DNA from: Desulfovibrio sp.
Lineage (GTDB): Bacteria > Desulfobacterota > Desulfovibrionia > Desulfovibrionales > Desulfovibrionaceae
Assembly: GCA_014804905.1 (NCBI GenBank)
Contig: JAAUYX010000047.1
Location: forward strand, 1 to 33,886
Length of the DNA: 33,886 nucleotides
Direction of reading: 5' to 3'
A model generated the notes under the pieces. It worked only from the letters and a program-made list of their open reading frames with translations, had not been told where the DNA came from and made no database searches. Of this stretch, positions 8,796 through 18,045 are shown in pieces (the stretch's first letter is position 1; each line of letters starts with the position of its first letter). The translations under genes and the position numbers were made by a program.

Positions 8796-10075
8796 CAGCG
8801 TTCCTCCAGCAGGTCAACGCAGAGGCGCTCGGCCTCGTCGAGCAGCGCGAGGAGCTGCTGTTCGTCCGGCGCGGTGAGCGCCTTCCTGAGACGGCTGTGC
8901 CCGAAAAGCGGCTCCAGCGCCGGGTCCGCCAGTTCGTGGAGCGCCTGGCGGCTCTCGCGCATGGCAAGGGCGAGGCGCCCGGTCTCGCCGAGCAGGTCCT
9001 CCCGGCGCAGCAGCTCCCCGGTATCCGTGAGGGGCCCGGTCTCCACCCGCAAGTCCTTGAGCCAGATGCCCGGCGTATCCCCGGCGAGGTGCTGGAGGCG
9101 CTCGGCGAGGTCCTCGGCGGCGTCGGGCCTTCGCAGCACGGCATCGAGCGGCGTGCGCCCGGCCAGCGTCACGCGGGCCATGACGGCCTCGCAGGTGGGC
9201 GGCGCCTCCTCGCCCAGGCGGGCGAGGGCGCCCGCCATGCGGCGTTCCACCTCGTCAAGGTGGTCAACGCCCTCGAGGTCCAGGGCGAGCTTTTCCCACT
9301 CCACCGGGCCCAGGGCGCGAAATTCCGCCTCGCAGCGCCAGCCCCCGGCGTGGGGACGGGCCGTGACCACAAGGCAGCCGCGCGGCCCGGTCTCGTTGAT
9401 ATGCAGGCCCTGGGTGTTGCCGGGATAGGCGATGAAGGGCTGCTCGGAGAGGATGCAGCGCTCATGCACATGGCCGAGCGCCCAGGCGTCGAGCCCCGTG
9501 GCCACAAGGTCCTCCAGCGAGCACGGGGCGTAGCGGTCTGCCGCGCCCTCGCCCTGAACGGCGCAGTGGAGTACGCCCAGCTGGAAGCAGTCCTCCCCGG
9601 TTTCGCGCCGGAAAAGGCGCGCCAGGTTGCGGCCCTCGCGCGGGCGCGCGTGGCTTATGCCGTGGATGAGCGCCAGGGTTTCGCCATCGCGCAGGAGGGG
9701 ACGGGTTTCGGGCTCGGCGCCGAAAATCACCACGTTTTCCGGCCACTCCACCGAGGTGAGCCTTGAGGAGAGCGGGTCATGGTTGCCGTGGGCGATAAAC
9801 ACCGGGATGCCCAGGCGCTGAAGGCGCAGGCAGCCGTCGCGCAGGGCGAGCTGCGCTTTGACGCTGTGGTCTTCCTGATTGTAGATGTCGCCGGAGAGCA
9901 CGAGGAAGTCCGGCTTTTCCCGCTCGCAGCAGCCGATGAGCCGCTCGAAGGCGATGAAGGTCGCATCGTGGAGCAGTCGGGCGAGGCGGCCGCCCTGGCC
10001 TGTTTCCTGTGCAAGCCCGCGGAAGGGCGTGTCCAGATGCAGATCTGCCGCGTGGATATAGCGGATTTCGTCCAT
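8795..10075 (-). CDS. YhaO-like DNA repair exonuclease (Mre11/SbcD metallophosphoesterase)
   Basis: Calcineurin-like motifs HAADLHLD, SGDIYN, HGNHD, GVLHC, ALGHVH, and YPGNTQG...ETGPRGC. Confidence 0.9.
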   Translation of the reverse strand: MDEIRYIHAADLHLDTPFRGLAQETGQGGRLARLLHDATFIAFERLIGCCEREKPDFLVLSGDIYNQEDHSVKAQLALRDGCLRLQRLGIPVFIAHGNHDPLSSRLTSVEWPENVVIFGAEPETRPLLRDGETLALIHGISHARPREGRNLARLFRRETGEDCFQLGVLHCAVQGEGAADRYAPCSLEDLVATGLDAWALGHVHERCILSEQPFIAYPGNTQGLHINETGPRGCLVVTARPHAGGWRCEAEFRALGPVEWEKLALDLEGVDHLDEVERRMAGALARLGEEAPPTCEAVMARVTLAGRTPLDAVLRRPDAAEDLAERLQHLAGDTPGIWLKDLRVETGPLTDTGELLRREDLLGETGRLALAMRESRQALHELADPALEPLFGHSRLRKALTAPDEQQLLALLDEAERLCVDLLEER

Positions 10076-10111
10076 GCTGCGCCTCTCTGCGCGATAAGGA
10101 GAGAAAAAAAG

Positions 10112-10140
10112 AGTCTAGACTTTTTCTAGGCGAGGCGCAA
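10112..10140 (-). promoter_or_regulatory. Putative sigma70 promoter of the nuclease-ATPase operon, overlapped by a palindrome
   Basis: Minus strand TTGCGC (10140-10135) - 17 bp - TAGACT (10117-10112). The -10 lies within the palindrome AGTCTAGACT (10112-10121). Confidence 0.5.
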
Positions 10141-10232
10141 GGCGCAGAATCCGGCTTCCGGCGCGGCAAGCCGGGGAACATGCGGGTTTGGATAATAGAG
10201 GGAGGGGAAGCGCGAAGCCGGGCCGGTGGCCT

Positions 10233-10823
10233 TCAGCGGTTCGCCTGTGCGCGGAGGCGCAGGCACTCCTCGGCGATGCGCCGAAGCTCGGCGTCGTCCG
10301 GCTTTTCCGTGAGGCCTTTCTTCACATGGCCCAGCGCGCGGACATATTCCCCGGCTTCCATGAGCGCACGGGCAATCATGCCATAGGCGGCCAATTCGTT
10401 CTTGTAATACTTGAAAGCCTCGGCGAAGCACTCGTCCGCCTCCTGGACCTTGTGTTCGGCGAGAAATTTCTTGCCGTTGCTGATGCAGCGGTCGAGATTG
10501 AGCTTGCGCTGGAGCGTGGCCTCGTAGTCCTCCTCGTCCTCCTGGCCCATGACCTGCTTGTAGAATTTGTTGAAGAAGGCGAGCAGCTCGCGCTCCTTGC
10601 CGGGCTGGTAGGCGACGGGCTGGGCATATTCCTTCTTGTAGGCCGGGTCCGTGCAGATGTCGGCGATGGCGGTGCGGAAGTCCCCGCGCAGGTCCGTGGG
10701 GGCCTGGAGGCCGCCGAGGTCCTGGAGCGCGGTGGTGAGGAGAAAGACGGCGCGCGGATAGTCGCGGCGCTGGATGCAGGTCCTGATGCGGCCGAGGTCT
10801 TCGCGAATCTTGCGGGCGTTCAT
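10233..10823 (-). CDS. Tetratricopeptide-repeat (TPR-like) hypothetical protein
   Basis: All-helical 196 aa. TPR-like segments GKKFLAEHKVQEADECFAEAF and IARALMEAGEYVRALGHVKKGLTEKPDD. Codon pattern consistent with real coding. Confidence 0.7.
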   Translation of the reverse strand: MNARKIREDLGRIRTCIQRRDYPRAVFLLTTALQDLGGLQAPTDLRGDFRTAIADICTDPAYKKEYAQPVAYQPGKERELLAFFNKFYKQVMGQEDEEDYEATLQRKLNLDRCISNGKKFLAEHKVQEADECFAEAFKYYKNELAAYGMIARALMEAGEYVRALGHVKKGLTEKPDDAELRRIAEECLRLRAQANR

Positions 10824-10850
10824 GCTCTGCTCGTTTCGTTGTGCCTGGTT

Positions 10851-11273
10851 TCACTCGGGAAGCGGCATGTCGGTGACAAAGCCCGTGGAGACCGCGCGGG
10901 CGACGAGCGCGCCGTCGCCGTCGAGGATGCGCACGTCATAGCTCACCACATGGTGCCCCGCGCGCACCACCCGTGCCTCGCCCACCAGAGGGCTTACCCG
11001 GCCGGGATTGAGGAACTCGATGCTGGAGGTGAGGCTGACCACCCCGGTCTTGCGCCCGGCATTGGCGGCCGCGCCGAAGGCCACGTCGGCCAGGGCGAAG
11101 ATGGCCCCGCCGTGGGCCACGCCCATGCCGTTCTTGTGGTGCTCCGAAATGGGCATCGTGACCCGGGAAAATTCCGGCGTGGCGACCTCCACCTCCATTT
11201 GCAGATGGCGCACGAGCCTGTCGTGCTTCGCCACATAGTTGTCCATGTTCCGCATCGTCTCGGGGGAGGCCAT
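10851..11273 (-). CDS. PaaI family (hotdog-fold) thioesterase
   Basis: HKNGMGVAHGGAIFALADVAFG motif, SIEFLNP, ALVARAVSTGF. AAGGAG RBS upstream on the minus strand. Confidence 0.9.
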   Translation of the reverse strand: MASPETMRNMDNYVAKHDRLVRHLQMEVEVATPEFSRVTMPISEHHKNGMGVAHGGAIFALADVAFGAAANAGRKTGVVSLTSSIEFLNPGRVSPLVGEARVVRAGHHVVSYDVRILDGDGALVARAVSTGFVTDMPLPE

Positions 11274-11309
11274 CTGCTTCTCCTTGGGGCGGCTTCCGCT
11301 CTTTACGCC

Positions 11310-11343
11310 AAAAAGGCCGGCCGGGAGATGCCCCCGGCCAGCC
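11310..11343 (-). terminator. Intrinsic terminator after the Tim44-domain gene
   Basis: Minus strand GGCTGGCCGGG-loop-CCCGGCCGGCC followed by TTTTT. Confidence 0.6.
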
Positions 11344-11366
11344 GCATCATGCCTGAAGTGGGGCGC

Positions 11367-12299
11367 TTATTCCACCTGCTGGATGCCGTCGAGCTTCCAG
11401 GTGCCACCCACCCCTTCGCGCAGGAAGTGCCAGACCTCGCGCGCGGAAGAGGGAGCGTCCTGGTCGGGCCGCTCGCGCAGGAGCACGTCGAAGAACACCT
11501 GGGCGCGCTGGTCGTCGCCCTCGTTTTCCGCGCCGAGCAGCTGGGCATTGACCAGCATGATTTCCGTGTGGCTCGGGCCGGGCTCGGCGGCCATCTGCTC
11601 ACGCAGGGCCTGCATTACGGCCGGGGTGGCGAACTGGGCGATGTCGTCAAGGTCGCGCCTGTCCCAGGCCTTTTGCATCCGCGTATAGGCCATCTTGGCC
11701 CCGCGGAGGAATTCCTCCGTATCAAAGCCCGCGGGCACGTCCACGCCCTGGTCGGCCGCCGGGGGCTCCGTGCCCTGTCCGGTGAGGTTGCGCAGGGCGT
11801 CCCAGCCGGAGGCCTGGGTATTGCTGCGGGCAAAGGGCTGGTTCGCGCTGTCGTTGGTGAGGTCCGGGCGGCTTCCGCCGAAGAGGCCGCCCCCCGCCGG
11901 GGCCGGTTCCTGCGACTGACGGTTGCGGAAGCGCGCGAAGAGCTTGAGGCCCACATAGATGAGCAGGCCGATGATGATGATGTCGAGGAAGCCGCCGCCC
12001 CCGCCAAGGCCGTTGCCGGAAAGCAGGGAGCCGAGCAGGGTGCCCGCGAGCAGGCCGCCGAAGAGGCCGCCCATGCCGCCGAACATGCCGGGGCGCTGGG
12101 TCGTCGCCTGCGCGTTGCGGGCGTTGGCGGCCGGGGCCTGCTGGCGCATGGCCGGGCGCTGCGCGGGCGTGCTCATGTAGGGGCGGCTCCCGAAGGAGCG
12201 GCCGCCGCCCATGCGCGCGGCCTCGGCGGAATCGGGCAGCGCAAGGGCAAAGGCGGCAAGGAGGATGACAAGGGCTGCGAAAAGGGCGCTGATCTTCAT
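11367..12299 (-). CDS. Tim44 domain-containing membrane protein
   Basis: Start reassigned to MKISALFAAL (ATG at 12299, GGAG RBS upstream). Signal peptide + ARMGGGRSFG, Gly-rich TM GGLLAGTLLGSLL, and C-terminal FDTEEFLRGAK...REVWHF...WKLDGIQQ Tim44 domain. Confidence 0.88.
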   Translation of the reverse strand: MKISALFAALVILLAAFALALPDSAEAARMGGGRSFGSRPYMSTPAQRPAMRQQAPAANARNAQATTQRPGMFGGMGGLFGGLLAGTLLGSLLSGNGLGGGGGFLDIIIIGLLIYVGLKLFARFRNRQSQEPAPAGGGLFGGSRPDLTNDSANQPFARSNTQASGWDALRNLTGQGTEPPAADQGVDVPAGFDTEEFLRGAKMAYTRMQKAWDRRDLDDIAQFATPAVMQALREQMAAEPGPSHTEIMLVNAQLLGAENEGDDQRAQVFFDVLLRERPDQDAPSSAREVWHFLREGVGGTWKLDGIQQVE

Positions 12300-12352
12300 G
12301 GCAACTCCGGTTGGGTGGTTCCCGGCGGGAATGTTCTCTGTCACTCCGTTAT

Positions 12353-12380
12353 GTATAGGGATTTTGGCGGAAAAGGCAAG
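12353..12380 (-). promoter_or_regulatory. RpoH (sigma32)-like promoter upstream of the Tim44-domain gene
   Basis: Minus strand CTTG (12380-12377) - 17 bp - CCTATAC (12359-12353). Confidence 0.4.
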
Positions 12381-12420
12381 CCGCGGCGAGGCTCCCCGCT
12401 GGCGGGAACGCCGGCCCGCT

Positions 12421-13788
12421 TCACTTCTTCCGCGGGAGATTTTTCTGGCGCCCGCGCGCCACAGCCAGCTCGCCCGCGGGCACGTCCTTGGTGATGACGG
12501 AGCCAGCCCCCACGAGCGCGCCGTCGCCCACCGCAACCGGGGCCACGAGCGCCGTGTTGCTGCCGATGAAGGCATGGGCGCCGATGCTCGTGCGGTGCTT
12601 GTGCTTCCCGTCATAGTTGCAGGTGATGGTGCCCGCGCCGATATTGGCGGCCGCGCCGATTTCCGCATCGCCCAGATAGCTCAGGTGGTTGGCTTTGGCG
12701 CCGGGGCCGAGGCGCGCGTTCTTGAGCTCCACAAAGTTGCCCACATGGGATTCCGGCTCGAGCAGCGCACCGGGCCGGAGCCTGGCGAAAGGCCCCACCA
12801 CCGTGTTTTCACCCGCTTCGGCGCGCTCAAGATGCGAGAAGGAGCGGATGCGCGCGCCCTTGCGGACCACGCTGTCCTGGAGGACGCAGTGGGACTCGAT
12901 GCGCGCGCCGGCCTCCACCTGCGAGTGGCCGTAGAGCTCGCAGGGGCCCGTGATCTCGGCGCCGGGCGCGATCTCGGCGAAGGGGCCCACGCGCACGAGT
13001 TCCGGCGCGTGGAGGGTGACGCCGCTTGCGAGCAGCTGGCGGACGATGCGGCCGCGCAGGAGTTCCTCCATGCGCGCGAGTTCCGCCGGGGAATTGACGC
13101 CGAGCAGGCTCTCGTCCGCGCCGCAGTTGACGCCGCGCACGCAAAGGCCGTCCGCGAGGCCGAGGGCCACGAGATCGGTGATATAGTATTCGCCGCTTTT
13201 ATTGTTGTTGCCGATGCGCGGCAAAAGCCGCGCCACGGCCTCCACATCGAGCAGGTAGAGCCCGGCGTTCACCTCGCCCGTGTCCGGACCGTGGAAGGCC
13301 GCATCAAAATCCTTGGCCTCCACGATGGCCGCCACGTCGCCGCCCTTGCGCACCACACGGCCATAGGCCCCGGCATCCTCAAGGCTCAGGCTGGCGAAGG
13401 CGATGGCCGCGTCCCCGGCCTCAGCGAGGAAGCGGCGCCCGATGTCGGTAGTCAGGAGCGGCACGTCGCCATTGACCACCAGCACACGGGCGACACCCTG
13501 CTCCCTGAGCGTGGGGAGCGCGGTGGCCAGGGCATGGCCCGTGCCGAGCTGCTGCTCCTGCCGTATGGCGGAAAGACCGGGGAAGGCGGCCGCAACCATG
13601 TCCGCGCCGTGGCCAAGCACGGCCCAGACGGCCTCGCGGCCATCGGCTTGGGTGTAGAGGGGCCGCAGGGCCGCGAGCACATAGGCCAGCATGGGCTCGC
13701 CCAGCAGCTCCTGGAGCACCTTGGGGCGTGCGGAGTGCATCCGCGTGCCTTTGCCCGCGGCGAGGATAAGGGCGGCGCTGTGGGTCAT
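12421..13788 (-). CDS. glmU: Bifunctional UDP-GlcNAc pyrophosphorylase / glucosamine-1-P N-acetyltransferase
   Basis: LILAAGKGTRMHSARPKVL, QLGTGHA, EYYITD, hexapeptide repeats, GPFARLRPG, GNFVELK, HLSYLGDA, GAGTITCNYDG. AAGGAGG RBS. Confidence 0.98.
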   Translation of the reverse strand: MTHSAALILAAGKGTRMHSARPKVLQELLGEPMLAYVLAALRPLYTQADGREAVWAVLGHGADMVAAAFPGLSAIRQEQQLGTGHALATALPTLREQGVARVLVVNGDVPLLTTDIGRRFLAEAGDAAIAFASLSLEDAGAYGRVVRKGGDVAAIVEAKDFDAAFHGPDTGEVNAGLYLLDVEAVARLLPRIGNNNKSGEYYITDLVALGLADGLCVRGVNCGADESLLGVNSPAELARMEELLRGRIVRQLLASGVTLHAPELVRVGPFAEIAPGAEITGPCELYGHSQVEAGARIESHCVLQDSVVRKGARIRSFSHLERAEAGENTVVGPFARLRPGALLEPESHVGNFVELKNARLGPGAKANHLSYLGDAEIGAAANIGAGTITCNYDGKHKHRTSIGAHAFIGSNTALVAPVAVGDGALVGAGSVITKDVPAGELAVARGRQKNLPRKK

Positions 13789-13904
13789 GGGGCCTCCTTT
13801 GCTTTTACCGTCGCCGCATCCATAGCGCTATGGCGGCCAAACGGCAAGCGCGTCCGGGCGCCGCGCCGAGCGCAAGAAAAATGAAAAAATTTTTGCGTTT
13901 CCCC

Positions 13905-13932
13905 CTTTTCAAGTGCGAAGCATGACTTATCT
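13905..13932 (+). promoter_or_regulatory. RpoH (sigma32)-like promoter for groES-groEL with upstream AT-rich tract
   Basis: CTTT (13905-13908) - 17 bp - CTTATCT (13926-13932), preceded by AAAAATGAAAAAATTTTT (UP-like). No CIRCE inverted repeat seen. Confidence 0.4.
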
Positions 13933-14060
13933 CTTGCCCGTGCGGAACCGCGCAAGCGGCTCCGTTGCGGCCCGCAACGCGCAACTATGCGGCGCGTCCG
14001 TGGCAACGGCCGCCGTTTCGCCCCCTTGGGCCATAACACCCTTTCCCTGGAGGATATGTA

Positions 14061-14348
14061 ATGAAGCTGAAACCCCTCAATGACCGTGTTCTGGTCAAGC
14101 GTCTCGAATCCGAGGAAAAGACCGCGGGTGGTCTGTACATTCCCGATACCGCCAAGGAAAAGCCCTCCAAGGGGCAGGTCGTGGCCGTGGGCCCCGGCAA
14201 GATGGACGAGAACGGCAAGCGCATTCCCATGGCCGTCAAGCCCGGCGACGAAGTGCTCTTCAACAAGTATGCGGGCACCGAGGTCAAGCTGGACAATGTT
14301 GACCATCTCGTGATGCGTGAAGAGGACATCCTCGCCATCATCGACTAG
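14061..14348 (+). CDS. groES: Co-chaperonin GroES
   Basis: [14 protein letters not shown]...[15 protein letters not shown]...YAGTEVK...[18 protein letters not shown]. Confidence 0.99.
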   Translation: MKLKPLNDRVLVKRLESEEKTAGGLYIPDTAKEKPSKGQVVAVGPGKMDENGKRIPMAVKPGDEVLFNKYAGTEVKLDNVDHLVMREEDILAIID

Positions 14349-16070
<1,722 letters not shown>

Positions 16071-16110
16071 ACCGAATGCCCGCGCCCCTTGGGGCGTGAT
16101 GCTTGAACAG

Positions 16111-16142
16111 AAAAGGCCCTCCGGCATTGCCGGGGGGCCTTT
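16111..16142 (+). terminator. Intrinsic terminator after groEL
   Basis: AAAGGCCCTCCGGC-ATT-GCCGGGGGGCCTTT hairpin with flanking A and T runs (possibly bidirectional). Confidence 0.7.
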
Positions 16143-16203
16143 GTGCTGCGGGCCCACATGGGGTATGCAGTGGGCATTGAGTCCGCACAGGAGGAAGAGA
16201 ACA

Positions 16204-17052
16204 ATGGGAAAACTCCTCGAAAGGCGCAAGGCGGTGAGCCATTTTGCCAGGTTGCCGGACAGCGGCAGCGTCGAGCATTGCAGCATGAGCAGCGAGGTGC
16301 TGGGGGCGACCAAAGAGTTCTCGGTCTACCTGCCGCACGGCTATGAGGAGGGCGCACGGCGCTATCCCGTGCTCTATGCGCTGCACCCGGCCGGCGGCAT
16401 CCATGAAACATGGATAAAGCTGGGCCAGCTTCCGCAGGTGGCGGACGACGCCGTCCGCTCGGGCATGGCCGCGCCCATGATTATCGTCATGCCGGATGCG
16501 AGCGGAATGGGGGAGCACCACCTGGGCAGGCGCCTGGGCTTCTTTTCCGTGCCCGGCTGGGACTATGAGGCCTATTTCCATGAGGAACTGCTGCCCCTCG
16601 TCGATGCGACCTATCGCACCACCGCCGACAGTGGGCAGCGCGCCATCCTCGGCGCTTCCATGGGGGGCGAGGCGGCCGTGGCCTATGCCCAGAAACATCC
16701 CGACCTCTACGGCGCGGCCTGTGCCTTGAGCGGCCTTTTGGGCCACCCGGAGCAAAGCAGGATGGCGGAGACGGACAAGGACTATGCGGCATCCCTCATT
16801 GCCAATGATCCCTTGAGTCGCGTAAAAAACGCGGGCCCCGAGGAAGTGGAAAAATGGAAGCGCGTCCGCTGGTATGCCGATTGCGGCGACAACGACTACT
16901 TTTATGAGGGCAATACGGAATTTTTCCTCGCCATGAAAGCCAGGGGCATCCCCTTGAGCTACCGGATGCGGAGCGGCGTCCACGACTGGTATTACTGGGT
17001 CACGGGCTTAGCGTCCGTGCTCCACTTTGTCTCGCTGGCTTTTGGCGGGTAG
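16204..17052 (+). CDS. Putative esterase, alpha/beta hydrolase (PF00756 / CE1-like)
   Basis: ATG 16204 after GAGGAAGA. FSVYLPHGY...YPVLYALH, MIIVMPDA, nucleophile GASMGG, acid DCGDND, catalytic His GVHDW. Confidence 0.85.
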   Translation: MGKLLERRKAVSHFARLPDSGSVEHCSMSSEVLGATKEFSVYLPHGYEEGARRYPVLYALHPAGGIHETWIKLGQLPQVADDAVRSGMAAPMIIVMPDASGMGEHHLGRRLGFFSVPGWDYEAYFHEELLPLVDATYRTTADSGQRAILGASMGGEAAVAYAQKHPDLYGAACALSGLLGHPEQSRMAETDKDYAASLIANDPLSRVKNAGPEEVEKWKRVRWYADCGDNDYFYEGNTEFFLAMKARGIPLSYRMRSGVHDWYYWVTGLASVLHFVSLAFGG

Positions 17053-17115
17053 GGGGCGGCGCTCTCCGCGCTGTGGGCGCGGCGGCTCCCTCAGCGTCGG
17101 GCTTCTGCAGCCGCG

Positions 17116-18012
17116 CTATTCGTTGTAGATGGTAAGATAGAGGTCGCCCTGCCAAGGGCCCACGCGCTTGCCGAGCCCCTTGAGGCGCACGGGCTTGCCC
17201 GGTGTGAAATCCGCGGGCAGGGTCACTTCAACGGTGTGCAGCTCGTCGGAAAGGCCGCGGCGTATCTGGAGGCGGATTCGCCTGCCCGGCACGAGGTGCG
17301 CGGCGGGGAAGCGCAGGGTCTGCTCCTCGTCGATTTGCCGCCTCAGCCAGTCCTTGACCACCCCGGTGACGCCCTTGTTGAGGTCCCGGTTCCAGTTGGG
17401 CGTGCCCCAGGCGATATTGCCCTGATGGAGCTTGGTATTCTTCCTGGGCGGGGCTTCCTTGCGCGGCGGTTGCTCGCGGCGCGGCTGCTGGGCTTTCGGG
17501 GGCTCCTCGTTGGGCGTGGCGCGCGGGCCCGACTGCTGGCGGTTGAGCTCGCTGTAAATGTCCTCAAACACGCGGCGGGCAAAGGGGTCATTGAGCAGGT
17601 CGCGGAGCACATCCTGCTCGGCATAGGCTTTTTGCGCCCGCTCCCCTTCGCGGTTGTGGCTTGCCTGCTCCTGTCCGTCCTTCTGCTCTTCCGCGCCGCC
17701 GGCGGCAGCCTCCTCGGCCCGCTTCTTCCCGGTGGCATCTTCCGCGCCGGCAGCCGCGCCCGGCTTTTTTTGCGCCTCGGCCGCGCGGCGCGCGTCCTCC
17801 TCGGGCTTGAGCAGGGCCGTGAGCGCCACATAGGCCTCGTTGAGGAGCTGGAACTGGCGCCCGGCCTCGGGATTGCCCGGATTGAGGTCCGGGTGCAGCT
17901 CAAAGGCGCGCCTGCGGTAGGCGCGCTTGACGGCCTGAAGGTCCGCGCCCTTTTCCAGGCGCAGGACCTCGTAGCATTCCTTGAGTGAGAGCTGGCGGCT
18001 TGGGCGGCGCAT
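17116..18012 (-). CDS. J-domain (DnaJ-class) co-chaperone with a single C-terminal DnaJ_C-like domain
   Basis: CYEVL...VKRAYRRRAFELHPDLNP...FQLLNEAY with intact HPD. C-terminal VTLP...VRLKGLG...GDLYLTI. No Cys-rich zinc finger. Confidence 0.85.
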   Translation of the reverse strand: MRRPSRQLSLKECYEVLRLEKGADLQAVKRAYRRRAFELHPDLNPGNPEAGRQFQLLNEAYVALTALLKPEEDARRAAEAQKKPGAAAGAEDATGKKRAEEAAAGGAEEQKDGQEQASHNREGERAQKAYAEQDVLRDLLNDPFARRVFEDIYSELNRQQSGPRATPNEEPPKAQQPRREQPPRKEAPPRKNTKLHQGNIAWGTPNWNRDLNKGVTGVVKDWLRRQIDEEQTLRFPAAHLVPGRRIRLQIRRGLSDELHTVEVTLPADFTPGKPVRLKGLGKRVGPWQGDLYLTIYNE

Positions 18013-18045
18013 GGCAGTCAACGCTTGCTGGGTTGCGGAAAAAGG

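Noticed and set aside
4812-9428. 1538-aa plus-strand ORF opposite the ATPase/nuclease
   Set aside because: Antisense shadow frame. The minus-strand ORFs carry all conserved motifs.
4818-10075. Assignment as a Wadjet, Lamassu or canonical SbcCD system
   Set aside because: No kleisin/KITE, JetD, LmuA effector or LmuC partners, and no CxxC hook. Motifs fit the YhaN/YhaO type and the context is not a defence island.
12300-12668. ORF-track N-terminal extension of the Tim44 gene; similar extensions for the YkgJ, TDT, PPIase, esterase, murE, murF and mraY ORFs
   Set aside because: The extensions overlap neighbouring genes or promoters. Better starts with an RBS or stop/start coupling exist downstream.
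10188-13884. 768-aa and 557-aa plus-strand ORFs
   Set aside because: They span several genuine minus-strand genes and have shadow-frame composition.
13790-14060. CIRCE/HrcA operator upstream of groES
   Set aside because: No TTAGCACTC-N9-GAGTGCTAA or close variant found on reading the region.
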